From Candidatus Calditenuis sp. (GTDB lineage: Archaea > Thermoproteota > Nitrososphaeria_A > Caldarchaeales > Calditenuaceae): 46,030 nt of DNA. Both the position numbers and the translations under genes were made by a program. The stretch covers positions 1 to 46,030 of the forward strand of contig JAVVHL010000001.1 in the NCBI GenBank assembly GCA_032249575.1. The letters run 5' to 3'. Below, in pieces: positions 26,119 to 34,294 of the stretch; position 1 is the stretch's first letter; the number at the start of each line of letters is the position of its first letter. The notes beneath the pieces are model-generated. The model ran no database searches. It had not been told where the DNA came from and saw only the letters and a program-made list of their open reading frames with translations.

Positions 26119-27093
26119 TCAGTGGGCGGCCGACTTCCTTATCGCGTTGGCTATCCGGTCCTTGTTGGGGAGGTAAAGGTGCTCGTGGACCAACGGATAC
26201 GGCGTGTCGTATCCCGTGACTCTGATCACCGGCGCCTCGAGGCTGTAGATCTCCCTCTCAGCGATCGTCGCTGCTATCTCAGCTCCGAACCCTGAGGTCT
26301 TTTGTGCCTCGTGGACTATCACAGGTCTCCCAGTCTTCCTGACAGACCTCGAGATCGCCTCCCAGTCGTAAGGTATCAGGCTCCTCAGGTCGATGACCTC
26401 CACCGATATCCCCTCCTTCTCCACCTCCTCGGCCGCTGCCAAAGCGTCGTAAACGGTGGCGCCGTAGGTGATGACCGTCACGTCGTCCCCCTCTCTCACC
26501 AATCTCGCCTTCCCGATGGGCACGGTGTACTCGCCGTCTGGGACTTCCTCCTTGAGGGAGTGGTAGAGGCGCTTGGGCTCGAAGAAGATCACCGGGTCGT
26601 CGTCCCTTATCGCCGAGATCAGGAGGCCCTTGGCGTCGGAGGGGGTGGAGGGCACAACCACCTTCAGGCCTGCGGTGTGTGTGAAGTAGGACTCGGGGCT
26701 CTGAGAGTGGTACATCCCTCCCCGCACACCACCTCCGACAGGGGCCCTGACGACGAGGGGTGCCGTGTAATGCCCCGCGTTCCTGTACCTGAACTTGGCG
26801 ACGTTCGAGACCAGCTGTTCGAACCCTCCGAAGATGAAGTCGGAGAACTGGATCTCAGCGACGGGCCTCATCCCGTTGGCCGCGAGGCCGAGCGCAACGC
26901 CGATTATCGCGGACTCCGAGAGCGGTGTGTCCATCACCCTCATCGGGCCGAACTCGACCAGGAGGCCCTCCGTGCACCTGAAGACGCCTCCGTTGACGCC
27001 TACGTCCTCACCCAGGACCACGACCCGCTCGTCGCGGCGCATCTCGTACCTCAGTGCCTCGTTGATCGCCTTAGCGAAGGTCAGGACCGTCAT
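26119..27093 (-). CDS. 2-oxoacid dehydrogenase E1 component, beta subunit
   Basis: [37 protein letters not shown], typical 324-aa size. 4-nt overlap with the E1 alpha gene. Confidence 0.9.
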   Translation of the reverse strand: MTVLTFAKAINEALRYEMRRDERVVVLGEDVGVNGGVFRCTEGLLVEFGPMRVMDTPLSESAIIGVALGLAANGMRPVAEIQFSDFIFGGFEQLVSNVAKFRYRNAGHYTAPLVVRAPVGGGVRGGMYHSQSPESYFTHTAGLKVVVPSTPSDAKGLLISAIRDDDPVIFFEPKRLYHSLKEEVPDGEYTVPIGKARLVREGDDVTVITYGATVYDALAAAEEVEKEGISVEVIDLRSLIPYDWEAISRSVRKTGRPVIVHEAQKTSGFGAEIAATIAEREIYSLEAPVIRVTGYDTPYPLVHEHLYLPNKDRIANAIRKSAAH

Positions 27094-28091
27094 CTCCTCA
27101 TCACCCTCTCGGCCCTGAGCTGCTGCCGGAACTCATCGATCTGCTCCCTCAGCTGAGGCGTAGGCTCCGCGTAGACATCCTCGAATATCACCTCCGGATC
27201 CAGACCCGGCTTGGCAAGTGCCCTCTCCACCTCGGCCGAAACGAGGGTCTCGATCTCGGACCAGAGCGCTTTGTCGCCCTCCTCTTCGATGACGCCTTTG
27301 GCGATGAGGTAGGCCCTCATCCTCTCTATCGGGTCCCTCTTCATCCACTGCTGGACCTCCTCCTCTGACCTGTACCTCTTCGGGTCGTCGCTGGTCGTGT
27401 GGGCTCCGAGCCTGTAGGTGACCGCCTCGATCAGCACCGGGTCTCCTCCGTTCCTGACCTCCTCGAAGACAGACCTCGATACGAGGTACATCGCGATGAC
27501 GTCGTTGCCGTCGACCCTGAAGCCGCTCAGCCCGTAGGCTATTGCCTTCTGAGCTATCGTCGCCGCACCCGTCTGGCGGCTGACCGGCGTCGAGATAGCG
27601 TACTGGTTGTTCCTGCAGATGAAGACTATCGGGGGCTTGTAGACGCTGGCGAAGTTGACGCCCTCGTGGAAGTCGCCCTTGGAGGTAGCTCCGTCGCCGA
27701 AGTAGGTGACGACCAGCCTCCTCTCTCCCCTTATCTTGAAGGCCAGCGCATACCCGACTGCCATCGGTATCTGCGTCGAGACCGGCGTCGGTGCTGGTAC
27801 GATGTTGAACCTTCTGTCGCCGAAGACCGCGAACTCGTGTCCCTTCAGCGGGTCGTCGACCGTGTTCAGCTGCCTGTCGAGTATCTCAGAGACCGGGACT
27901 CCCCTCGTGAGAAAGACTCCCAGCTCCCTGTACGAAGGGAAGACCACGTCCTCCGGCTGGAGGGCCAGGGCTGAGCCGACCATAGCTGCCTCCTCGCCCA
28001 TCGCCTCCGCGTAGAGCGCCACCTTCCCCATCCTCTGGAGACGCAGGAGGTATCGGTCTAGAACCCTCGTCAACACCATCAGCCTGTACAT
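27090..28091 (-). CDS. 2-oxoacid dehydrogenase E1 component, alpha subunit (ThDP-binding); 5' end unresolved
   Basis: [11 protein letters not shown], ThDP motif [19 protein letters not shown]...[10 protein letters not shown]. Coordinates are given from ATG 28091. The frame stays open to ATG 28430, and an out-of-frame ATG at 28200 would give a typical-length protein if one G of a G5 run were removed (see findings). Confidence 0.85.
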   Translation of the reverse strand: MYRLMVLTRVLDRYLLRLQRMGKVALYAEAMGEEAAMVGSALALQPEDVVFPSYRELGVFLTRGVPVSEILDRQLNTVDDPLKGHEFAVFGDRRFNIVPAPTPVSTQIPMAVGYALAFKIRGERRLVVTYFGDGATSKGDFHEGVNFASVYKPPIVFICRNNQYAISTPVSRQTGAATIAQKAIAYGLSGFRVDGNDVIAMYLVSRSVFEEVRNGGDPVLIEAVTYRLGAHTTSDDPKRYRSEEEVQQWMKRDPIERMRAYLIAKGVIEEEGDKALWSEIETLVSAEVERALAKPGLDPEVIFEDVYAEPTPQLREQIDEFRQQLRAERVMRR

Positions 28092-28352
28092 CCTCAGCAA
28101 GACCTCCCTGTCGAGTCCGAGCTCCTCCGGGTCCGGGGGCCTTCTCTTACCGAGGACCGTGATGAATACCCACCACCCCCTCGTTCTCTCTAAAACACAT
28201 TCCCAGTCATAAGGTTGTTCCCTGCACAGTTGTCGTGCGAAACTCCGTGAAGTGGTACGATCGTATGAAAAATCAGCGGGCGTAAAAGGTCTTGGAACGG
28301 AGATACGGGGATATTCCGAGGAGCTGGCCGCGTCCGGTGCAGCGGCAGACGC

Positions 28353-28358
28353 TAATAA
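28353..28358 (+). promoter_or_regulatory. TATA-like box for cdvB
   Basis: taataa centred about 26 nt upstream of ATG 28382. Confidence 0.35.
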
Positions 28359-28381
28359 CAGTCGGGCCAACTCGGGCAACG

Positions 28382-29122
28382 ATGCTGTTCGACAGGCTGA
28401 GGCAGGGGAGGAACGAGAGGAAGATCGCATCGCTCGAGGTGAAGCTGAACAGGTCGCTGACTGCAGTGAACGCCAGCATCTCCAGGCTCAACAAGAAGTA
28501 CTCGGAGCTCGAGGCGAAGGGGAGGGAGCTCTTCGAGAGGTGCGTGCATGCCCTCTCCTCGGGCGACGAGGAGCACGCCAAGATCTACGCCGACGAGATC
28601 ATCGCCCTCAGAAGGCTCGCAAAGATCATCATGAGCAAGCTGATACTGCTGGAGCAGGTCAAGGTCAGGCTTGAGACGGTGATGGAGCTGACGGAGGTCC
28701 TCGGCCTCCTCTCCTCCCTTAGGGGAGTGGTACAAGTCGTGGCTCGGGAACTCAGCTCCGTCACCCCTGACGTATCGGTCGTCCTGAACCAACTCTCTGA
28801 GGACCTGGAGTCGTTGGTCGCCACTACCTCGGCCGCGGTCCCGACTCCGGAACCGCAGCGCCTCAGCGTTGACGGCGAGGCCGAGGAGGTGCTGGAGATG
28901 GCCAAGAGGCTGGCTGCAGAGAGGGTCAGGATGTCGTTCCCGGACGTTCCGGTCATGTCGGAGAGGGAGAAGGCCGTCTACGAGCTGATCTCGTCGATGG
29001 GTGACTCCTACGCTCTGGACATAGGGCAGCTATCGAAGGCCCTCGGGCTCTCGGAGGACGAGGTGGAGGAGGTTTTGGAGTCGCTGGCGAACAAGGGGTT
29101 GATAGAGATCTCCTACGCTTGA
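28382..29122 (+). CDS. cdvB: ESCRT-III (Snf7) family cell-division protein CdvB with C-terminal winged helix
   Basis: Helical ESCRT-III-like core (MLFDRLRQG...KIASLEVKLNRSL...). Pro-rich AVPTPEPQRL segment (MIM2-like). C-terminal wH EREKAVYELISSMGDSYALDIGQLSKALGLSEDEVEEVLESLANKGLIE. ATG at 28382 is about 26 nt downstream of a TATA-like box. Adjacent to Vps4. Confidence 0.75.
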   Translation: MLFDRLRQGRNERKIASLEVKLNRSLTAVNASISRLNKKYSELEAKGRELFERCVHALSSGDEEHAKIYADEIIALRRLAKIIMSKLILLEQVKVRLETVMELTEVLGLLSSLRGVVQVVARELSSVTPDVSVVLNQLSEDLESLVATTSAAVPTPEPQRLSVDGEAEEVLEMAKRLAAERVRMSFPDVPVMSEREKAVYELISSMGDSYALDIGQLSKALGLSEDEVEEVLESLANKGLIEISYA

Positions 29123-29129
29123 GTCACCA

Positions 29130-30254
29130 TCAGGACGCTCCGAACCGCGCGTTCCAATCCTCGAACGTCCTGACGCTTTCCTTGCTTATCGAGGGCCTCC
29201 TCCTCGCCATAGCTCTCCTGATGTCTTGCATCGTTATCTCCGGCGGCTCCTCAAGCCCCTCCTCGAACATCCTCTTCACCGCCTCCAGCTGGACGTCGAG
29301 GCAGACCGAGAAGATGTCGTGGGGCGAATAGCCCTCCATCTCCTCGGCGACCTTCGCGACGTCGAGGTCCTTAGAGACGTTGAGCTTCGCGAGGTAGTGC
29401 TCCAGTATCCTCTTCCTCTCAACAGGACCGGGAGGGGGTATGTAGATGCGCTTCTGGAACCTCCGTATGAAGGGCTCGTCCAGGAGCCAGGGCTTGTTGG
29501 TGGCCGCCATGAGGAAGAGGAAGGACCTCGAGAACTTCGTCAGTATCCCGTCCATCTCAGAGAGCAGCTGGTTCCTGACCCTCGCCTCTCCACCCACCTC
29601 TACCTGCCGGTGGACCGCGAGCCAGTCGACCTCGTCGATGAAGACGATCACCGGCTTCCCAGACAGGGCCTCGCTGCGGGCTGTGCTGAAGATCCGCTGG
29701 AGGTTCTTCTCACTCTCGCCTAGCCACTTCGACATTATCCTCGCGGCATCTATAACGTAAAGCTTGGCGTCGGCCTCGTTCGCGGTCGCAGCCACCAGCA
29801 GCGTCTTCCCGCATCCCGGTGGACCGAAGAGGAGGATCCCGGTCGGCCAGCCCAACGGATAGAGCTCGGGCCTCTTGCACGGGTAGATGATGCTCTCCTT
29901 CAGTGCCTCCTTCACCGGTTCGAGGCCGACGATGTCGTCCCACCTGACGGGAGGTCTCGACTCGAGGGCAGAGGACAGTTGTCCTCCCTTCTCCCTCGCG
30001 TCCAGCTCCTCCGGCAGCGGTCCCCTCGCGTCGCCGTCCTCTTGGAGCTCCTTCAACCTCCTCGAGTACGCAGCTATCCTCTCCTTGTAGACCTCCCTGT
30101 TGACGGGACTGTCGGTCAGCTCCACCAGCTTCACAAGGAGCCCTATGACCTCTCGGTAGGCCTTGACGGCCTCGGCCTTCGACCCGGCCCTGTCGAGCAA
30201 TATGGCCCTCTTCGCCTTGCTCGCCGCGAGCCTTTCGAGCTCGTTCATCTTCAT
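29130..30254 (-). CDS. cdvC: Vps4-type AAA+ ATPase CdvC with N-terminal MIT domain
   Basis: MIT-like N-terminus (AKRAILLDRAGSKAEAVKAYREVIGLLVKL...YKERIAAYSRRLKEL). Walker A GPPGCGKT, Walker B VIVFIDEVD. 374 aa; the start may be ATG 30248. Confidence 0.88.
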   Translation of the reverse strand: MKMNELERLAASKAKRAILLDRAGSKAEAVKAYREVIGLLVKLVELTDSPVNREVYKERIAAYSRRLKELQEDGDARGPLPEELDAREKGGQLSSALESRPPVRWDDIVGLEPVKEALKESIIYPCKRPELYPLGWPTGILLFGPPGCGKTLLVAATANEADAKLYVIDAARIMSKWLGESEKNLQRIFSTARSEALSGKPVIVFIDEVDWLAVHRQVEVGGEARVRNQLLSEMDGILTKFSRSFLFLMAATNKPWLLDEPFIRRFQKRIYIPPPGPVERKRILEHYLAKLNVSKDLDVAKVAEEMEGYSPHDIFSVCLDVQLEAVKRMFEEGLEEPPEITMQDIRRAMARRRPSISKESVRTFEDWNARFGAS

Positions 30255-30268
30255 GCGACCGATAACGC

Positions 30269-30277
30269 GTTATATGA
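30269..30277 (-). promoter_or_regulatory. TATA-like box for cdvC
   Basis: gttatatga (minus strand tcatataac), 16-25 nt upstream of ATG 30254 / ATG 30248. Confidence 0.4.
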
Positions 30278-30356
30278 TCAGCATGACAGGCGTCGGAGCT
30301 GGGATGATGGGCCCGGTATTACTCAAAAACTCGGATGGGAACACGCGAGGTTCCTC

Positions 30357-30752
30357 TCAACTTTCCTTCTCCTCGAGCTTCATGCCCAGATGTGTGTAGA
30401 TCGCGAGCTTCAGGACCTTCAGGCTCAGCGTGGCGCACTTGATCCTAACGGGGCTCAGCTGTACGCCGAGCATCTCGATGACGTCGTCCCTTCCCAACTT
30501 CCTCGCCTCATCGAGGGTCATCCCCTTGATCCGCTCTGTCAACATCGAGGCGGAGGCCTGGCTTATCGCGCACCCCTTCCCCTTGAACCGGACGTCGACG
30601 ATCCTGTCGCCCTCTATCTTCAGATGCATCTCGACGACGTCTCCGCAGAGCGGGTTCGAGTCCTTCGCCCTCACAGTCGCGTCAGGGAGGTCGCCGAAGT
30701 TCCGGGGGTTCCTGTAATGATCGAGGATTATCTCGATCTCGGGCGACGCCAC
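30357..30752 (-). CDS. Fe-S cluster assembly scaffold, SufU/IscU (NifU N-terminal) family
   Basis: HYRNPRNFG, NPLCGD, GKGCAISQASASM, and a C-terminal conserved Cys (VRIKCATL). Confidence 0.85.
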   Translation of the reverse strand: MASPEIEIILDHYRNPRNFGDLPDATVRAKDSNPLCGDVVEMHLKIEGDRIVDVRFKGKGCAISQASASMLTERIKGMTLDEARKLGRDDVIEMLGVQLSPVRIKCATLSLKVLKLAIYTHLGMKLEEKES

Positions 30753-30787
30753 GTCAGAATCCAGCCGTCACCAGCTCATAAAAATAC

Positions 30788-30796
30788 GTCATGAGA
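30788..30796 (-). promoter_or_regulatory. AT-rich box upstream of the SufU/IscU gene (may also act as a T-rich terminator for the PIN-ATPase gene)
   Basis: The minus strand reads tatttttat, about 36-44 nt upstream of GTG 30752 and about 26 nt downstream of the upstream gene's stop. Confidence 0.3.
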
Positions 30797-30821
30797 ACAG
30801 CGTGCGGAGAGGCGACCCGCT

Positions 30822-32345
30822 TCAACGCTTGGGACCGACCTCGAGCTCCAGGTCGAACTGCTGGCAGATCTTGTGGACCCGCCTCTGGAGCTTCTTGACG
30901 TAGACCCTCATCTGCTCAGGAGGTATCTCGAGCCTCACGACGCCGCCGGAGACCCTCAGGTCGTATCCCTCGATGTAGCGCCCGATCACCCTGTCGAGCA
31001 AGAGCTTCACCCTCGCATCGCCGCGCTCCTCCTGTTCCTCCGCTCCTACTGGGACGATGAACGTCCTCTCCCCGAAGACGTACATTTCGTACTCCACCTC
31101 GCCGGTGAAGAGGTTCCTCACCTGTATCGTGGGCCTCGCGAGGTCGGCCCTCTTCATCCCCCTAGGGACACGCACCGAGACCTCGAGGACGTAGACCTTC
31201 GAGACCTCACCGGCCTTCATGAAGATGACCGTGTCGACGATGGAGGGGACTACACCGATGTCGACCCTGTTGGCGATGCGCTGGATCGCGTCGATCGGTG
31301 TCGTCGCGTGGACCACTCCCACCATCCCTATCCCGGCCAGCCGCAGGTCGATGAAGAGCTGGAAGTCGTCATCGTCCCTCATCTCGTCGAAGACCGTGTA
31401 ATCGGGCCTGCTGAGGAGGAGGACGTCGTGCAGCTCGCCCTCAACGGACGCGCTCTTCGAGTACTGAGTCACCTCATCGGACAGAATCAGATCCCTCGGG
31501 CTCTCTATCGTCTTAACCACCTTCCCCAGCGACCTGTAGTACTCGGCAAGGGCCTGAGCGAAGGTCGACTTGCCCATCCCTGGGCCTCCTGCGATGAGGA
31601 TGCCCTCCGCCCTGCTGACGAGTCTCTCTTTCAGGACTTGAGGCAGCTCGTACTCGTCGAGGCTCTTCCTCACTATCGGCCTGACGACCGTCACCTCCAA
31701 TCCGTCGCTGAGAGGAGGTCTTGTGACGACGATCCTGTACTCGCCGTACTGGAGGATCAGCGTGTTCTCCCTCTGGACCTCTATGAAGGAGGTCCTCGAG
31801 AGGTCGTCGTGAACCCTCTGGAGGAGGTCCAGGACGAAGACCTCGAGGCTCTCGCGCTTCACGGGCTCCTCTGAGAGCTCGACGAAGCTCCAGCGTCCTG
31901 GCGTGCCGACCTTCACCCTCGGCTTAACGCCCTCCTTCAGGTGGAGCGACATCACGTTCCCGGTGAATATCCTGTCGAGCTCCCACTCTCCCTTTATCCT
32001 GACTTTGACGACGTCGGCGCCTAGGGCCTCGCAGACCTTCTGGGCGAAGGGATCGGCCGTCAGAACGGACGCGCCCGTCTTCAGCGCCAAGGCCGCAAGC
32101 GCCTCGTACGGGTCAGAGGCAGTCTCATCCTCGACGATCTCGATCGGAATGCCCCGCTCAGAACAGAGCCTGCGGAGCCGAGTGAGCTCCTTGATCGCCG
32201 CGTCGTCGCCCCTCCTCAACCTCTCCTTGATACTCTTCAGGATCATTCGATGTAGGAGGACCTTCCCGGATATCCTCCCTGATTCTACGTATTCAGCCGC
32301 TGCTCCTGTAATTATGGACAGCTCGTCCACTATTACGTCCGGCAC
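30822..32345 (-). CDS. PIN domain - PilT-like ATPase - KH domain protein (COG1855-type)
   Basis: The N-terminal PIN-like segment ends in SVLTADPFAQKVCEALG. Walker A GGPGMGKST, Walker B TVFDEMRDDDD. C-terminal KH-like module. GTG start. Confidence 0.75.
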   Translation of the reverse strand: MPDVIVDELSIITGAAAEYVESGRISGKVLLHRMILKSIKERLRRGDDAAIKELTRLRRLCSERGIPIEIVEDETASDPYEALAALALKTGASVLTADPFAQKVCEALGADVVKVRIKGEWELDRIFTGNVMSLHLKEGVKPRVKVGTPGRWSFVELSEEPVKRESLEVFVLDLLQRVHDDLSRTSFIEVQRENTLILQYGEYRIVVTRPPLSDGLEVTVVRPIVRKSLDEYELPQVLKERLVSRAEGILIAGGPGMGKSTFAQALAEYYRSLGKVVKTIESPRDLILSDEVTQYSKSASVEGELHDVLLLSRPDYTVFDEMRDDDDFQLFIDLRLAGIGMVGVVHATTPIDAIQRIANRVDIGVVPSIVDTVIFMKAGEVSKVYVLEVSVRVPRGMKRADLARPTIQVRNLFTGEVEYEMYVFGERTFIVPVGAEEQEERGDARVKLLLDRVIGRYIEGYDLRVSGGVVRLEIPPEQMRVYVKKLQRRVHKICQQFDLELEVGPKR

Positions 32346-32469
32346 ACCCTGTCTCTGCAGGGGGATGGGACGCGTTGCTTATGAGTGTGAGCCTTTACTG
32401 GGGGGTCGAAGACCGTTGTTGCGCAGAACACTTATAACCAATCCAGGGTTTTTATCGGTAGGATTGGCC

Positions 32470-32583
32470 ATGCTCGCAACGACCTCGATCGATAACGAAT
32501 GCCCCCGCTGCCATGCGGAGCTCCCCGAGAAGGCCCATCGCTGCCCGAGGTGCGGGCTTTGCGTCACCTGTTCTTCTCAATGA
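32470..32583 (+). CDS. Possible small zinc-ribbon protein (37 aa)
   Basis: ATG-initiated MLATTSIDNECPRCHAELPEKAHRCPRCGLCVTCSSQ with two CPRC motifs, in an otherwise unassigned gap. No further support. Confidence 0.3.
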   Translation: MLATTSIDNECPRCHAELPEKAHRCPRCGLCVTCSSQ

Positions 32584-32589
32584 CGACGA

Positions 32590-33378
32590 TCAACTCAGGG
32601 AAACCGGGAGATCTCCGGACGTGAGGTAAATCGATCCGTCGGCCTTCAGAGCCATCCCGACAGCCCTGACCTCGACGCTCCTTCGCCCCGCCTCCTTCAG
32701 CTCGTTCGCGAATATCGGATCGCAGCTGGCACAAGGCCTGAAGCTCCTGCAGAGCGGGTGGGCAGCGACGAAGACCATTACCGCCCTCATGCCCTGTGAA
32801 GCGATCGCCTCGAGCACCTTCAGATGCCTCCTCCCCCTCTCGCTGGGCACGTCGGGATACATGCAGTTCCCCGAGCCGTCGTGGAAGACGGCCGACTTCA
32901 GCTCGAGGTAGCCGCCCATCCCTGAAGACGACGAGACGGCGTAGTCGAATCTAACCCCTCCGTACCTAACCTCCTTCTTTTGCAGCGTCCAACCCCTCAG
33001 CCATCCGATCAGTCCCCTCTCCCACGCCACCTCGAAAGACCTCGCCTGAAGGTAGGGATCGATGAGCGCAGCGTCCTCGCCAGTCACCGCAACGCCTACG
33101 AGCGTCCCTGAGGTCCTCTTCGCATTCGATTTCCTTCCCTCGAGATAGTACAGCACTGCTCCAGGCTGCAGAAGATCTCCGAGCTTTCCGGTGTTCCTGT
33201 TGTGCAGCAGCAGAACAGTACCGTCAGGTGCGGCGGCCTTAACGGTGAACCGGTTGAGCCTCTCGAGGAACGCGGCCCTCCTGAGGTCTAGCCGGAGCAG
33301 CTCCTCCAACCCTGTCACCCTCAGATCATAGTCCCGATCCCTATAGAAGGGAGACAGCAACCGCGATGTAAACGGCAT
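32590..33378 (-). CDS. sfsA: SfsA family (sugar fermentation stimulation protein homolog) nuclease-fold protein
   Basis: FLERLNRFTVKA...HNRNTGKLGDLL...YLELKS match SfsA blocks. ATG at 33378, or GTG at 33318 (the latter avoids overlap with the upstream gene). Confidence 0.8.
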   Translation of the reverse strand: MPFTSRLLSPFYRDRDYDLRVTGLEELLRLDLRRAAFLERLNRFTVKAAAPDGTVLLLHNRNTGKLGDLLQPGAVLYYLEGRKSNAKRTSGTLVGVAVTGEDAALIDPYLQARSFEVAWERGLIGWLRGWTLQKKEVRYGGVRFDYAVSSSSGMGGYLELKSAVFHDGSGNCMYPDVPSERGRRHLKVLEAIASQGMRAVMVFVAAHPLCRSFRPCASCDPIFANELKEAGRRSVEVRAVGMALKADGSIYLTSGDLPVSLS

Positions 33379-34261
33379 AGCCCAGCAAGCCCAAGAGGAG
33401 CAGGCGGTGCGCAGCGAACCGGAGGACGAGACTGTACAGGCCGCCTACGGCCGAGTAGAGCAGGATCAGCCAGATCGCTCCGACCGGAAGGCTTGACCCG
33501 GTCGCTATGAGCCCGAGCCCTATCACGAGCGATGACTGGAGGACGTTCTCGCCGGAGAGGAGCGCCAAACCCATCGAGGCTTTGCCACGGAGGGTCCAGA
33601 CCAGAGCCACCAAGACCTCCTCGAGGCACGTCGCAAATGGAGAGAGCAGCAGACCGTAGACCAGCGGGTCGTTCGTCAGCAGCACCGAGTCGAGGAACGC
33701 GTCGGCAGCCCAGATCATCGCCATCGCAGCCGAAGCCGTCTGGACTGTTACGAGCGCCGTGCTCCTCTTCCCGACCAAACGCTCCAAGAACGTCGCCTCA
33801 GCGACCATCAGCTCGCCTGGCTCCTCCAGGATCCAGCGGCCCACAAAGAGGAAGGAGAGGAGGTAAAGGGCTCCGAGGACGTAAAGCCCCACAACGTTCA
33901 GGAAAACGACGAGCGTTGCAGGAAGCATCAGCAAGGAGAACCGCAGGTATACCTTCGAGACCCTCTGCTGGACCTCAGCCTCCCTCACTAAGATTCCGAC
34001 GACCGGCGCTCCCAAGAAGAGCGTTATGGAGGGTGCCGCTATCACGCTCGAGAGGCCCACCTCCCTCGCGCCCTCGGCGCCGTGAAACGGGCTCACTAGG
34101 GCAATTATCGTCTCCGGAAGCGCCGTCAGGACCGCAGCGAGCAAAGCACCGGTGGCGAACCTCGTCAGGCCTAGCCTCTCGCCGAGCGCCTCGACGCCGT
34201 TGACGAAGGCGAGGACCGAGGCAACCAGAACAGTTATCGGAAGCGCGAACTCGATCAGCAA
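33341..34261 (-). CDS. Ca2+/cation antiporter (CaCA, YrbG-like) family membrane protein
   Basis: About 10 TM segments. Alpha-repeat-like GALLAAVLTALPETIIALVS. TTG start. Confidence 0.7.
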   Translation of the reverse strand: MLIEFALPITVLVASVLAFVNGVEALGERLGLTRFATGALLAAVLTALPETIIALVSPFHGAEGAREVGLSSVIAAPSITLFLGAPVVGILVREAEVQQRVSKVYLRFSLLMLPATLVVFLNVVGLYVLGALYLLSFLFVGRWILEEPGELMVAEATFLERLVGKRSTALVTVQTASAAMAMIWAADAFLDSVLLTNDPLVYGLLLSPFATCLEEVLVALVWTLRGKASMGLALLSGENVLQSSLVIGLGLIATGSSLPVGAIWLILLYSAVGGLYSLVLRFAAHRLLLLGLLGYAVYIAVAVSLL

Positions 34262-34294
34262 ACTGCTTCCCCGTCACAATCCCTCAGAGGTCTA

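Noticed and set aside
24957-27156. Plus-strand ORFs (24957-25847, 26302-27156) antisense to the ACAD and E1 beta genes
   Set aside because: Shadow ORFs opposite strongly recognisable enzymes.
28159-28165. gtgatga C-box-like heptamer in the E1 alpha / cdvB divergent region
   Set aside because: There is no CTGA box at guide-length distance on either side and no C'/D' pair.
28276-28350. GC-rich stretch starting gcgggcg that superficially resembles a tRNA 5' end
   Set aside because: I could not fold it into a cloverleaf. It has no D-loop (A/TAGC..GG) or T-loop (GTTCRAATC) consensus and no complementary acceptor 3' strand.
28092-28430. In-frame N-terminal extension of E1 alpha to ATG 28430 (the 446-aa version)
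   Set aside because: The extension is low complexity (MRSSSRSSPASACRTAS...), runs through AT-rich promoter-like DNA, and overlaps the divergent cdvB start. The frame is probably open by chance. See the frameshift finding for the alternative.
29979-31874. Plus-strand ORFs (29979-30794, 30873-31874) antisense to the cdvC, sufU and PIN-ATPase genes
   Set aside because: Shadow ORFs. One would run across two genes and their spacer.
32347-32362. Short hairpin (ccctg-tctctg-caggg) just upstream of the PIN-ATPase start codon
   Set aside because: The stem is only 5 bp, and such hairpins are common by chance in GC-rich DNA. There is no supporting context for a regulatory role.
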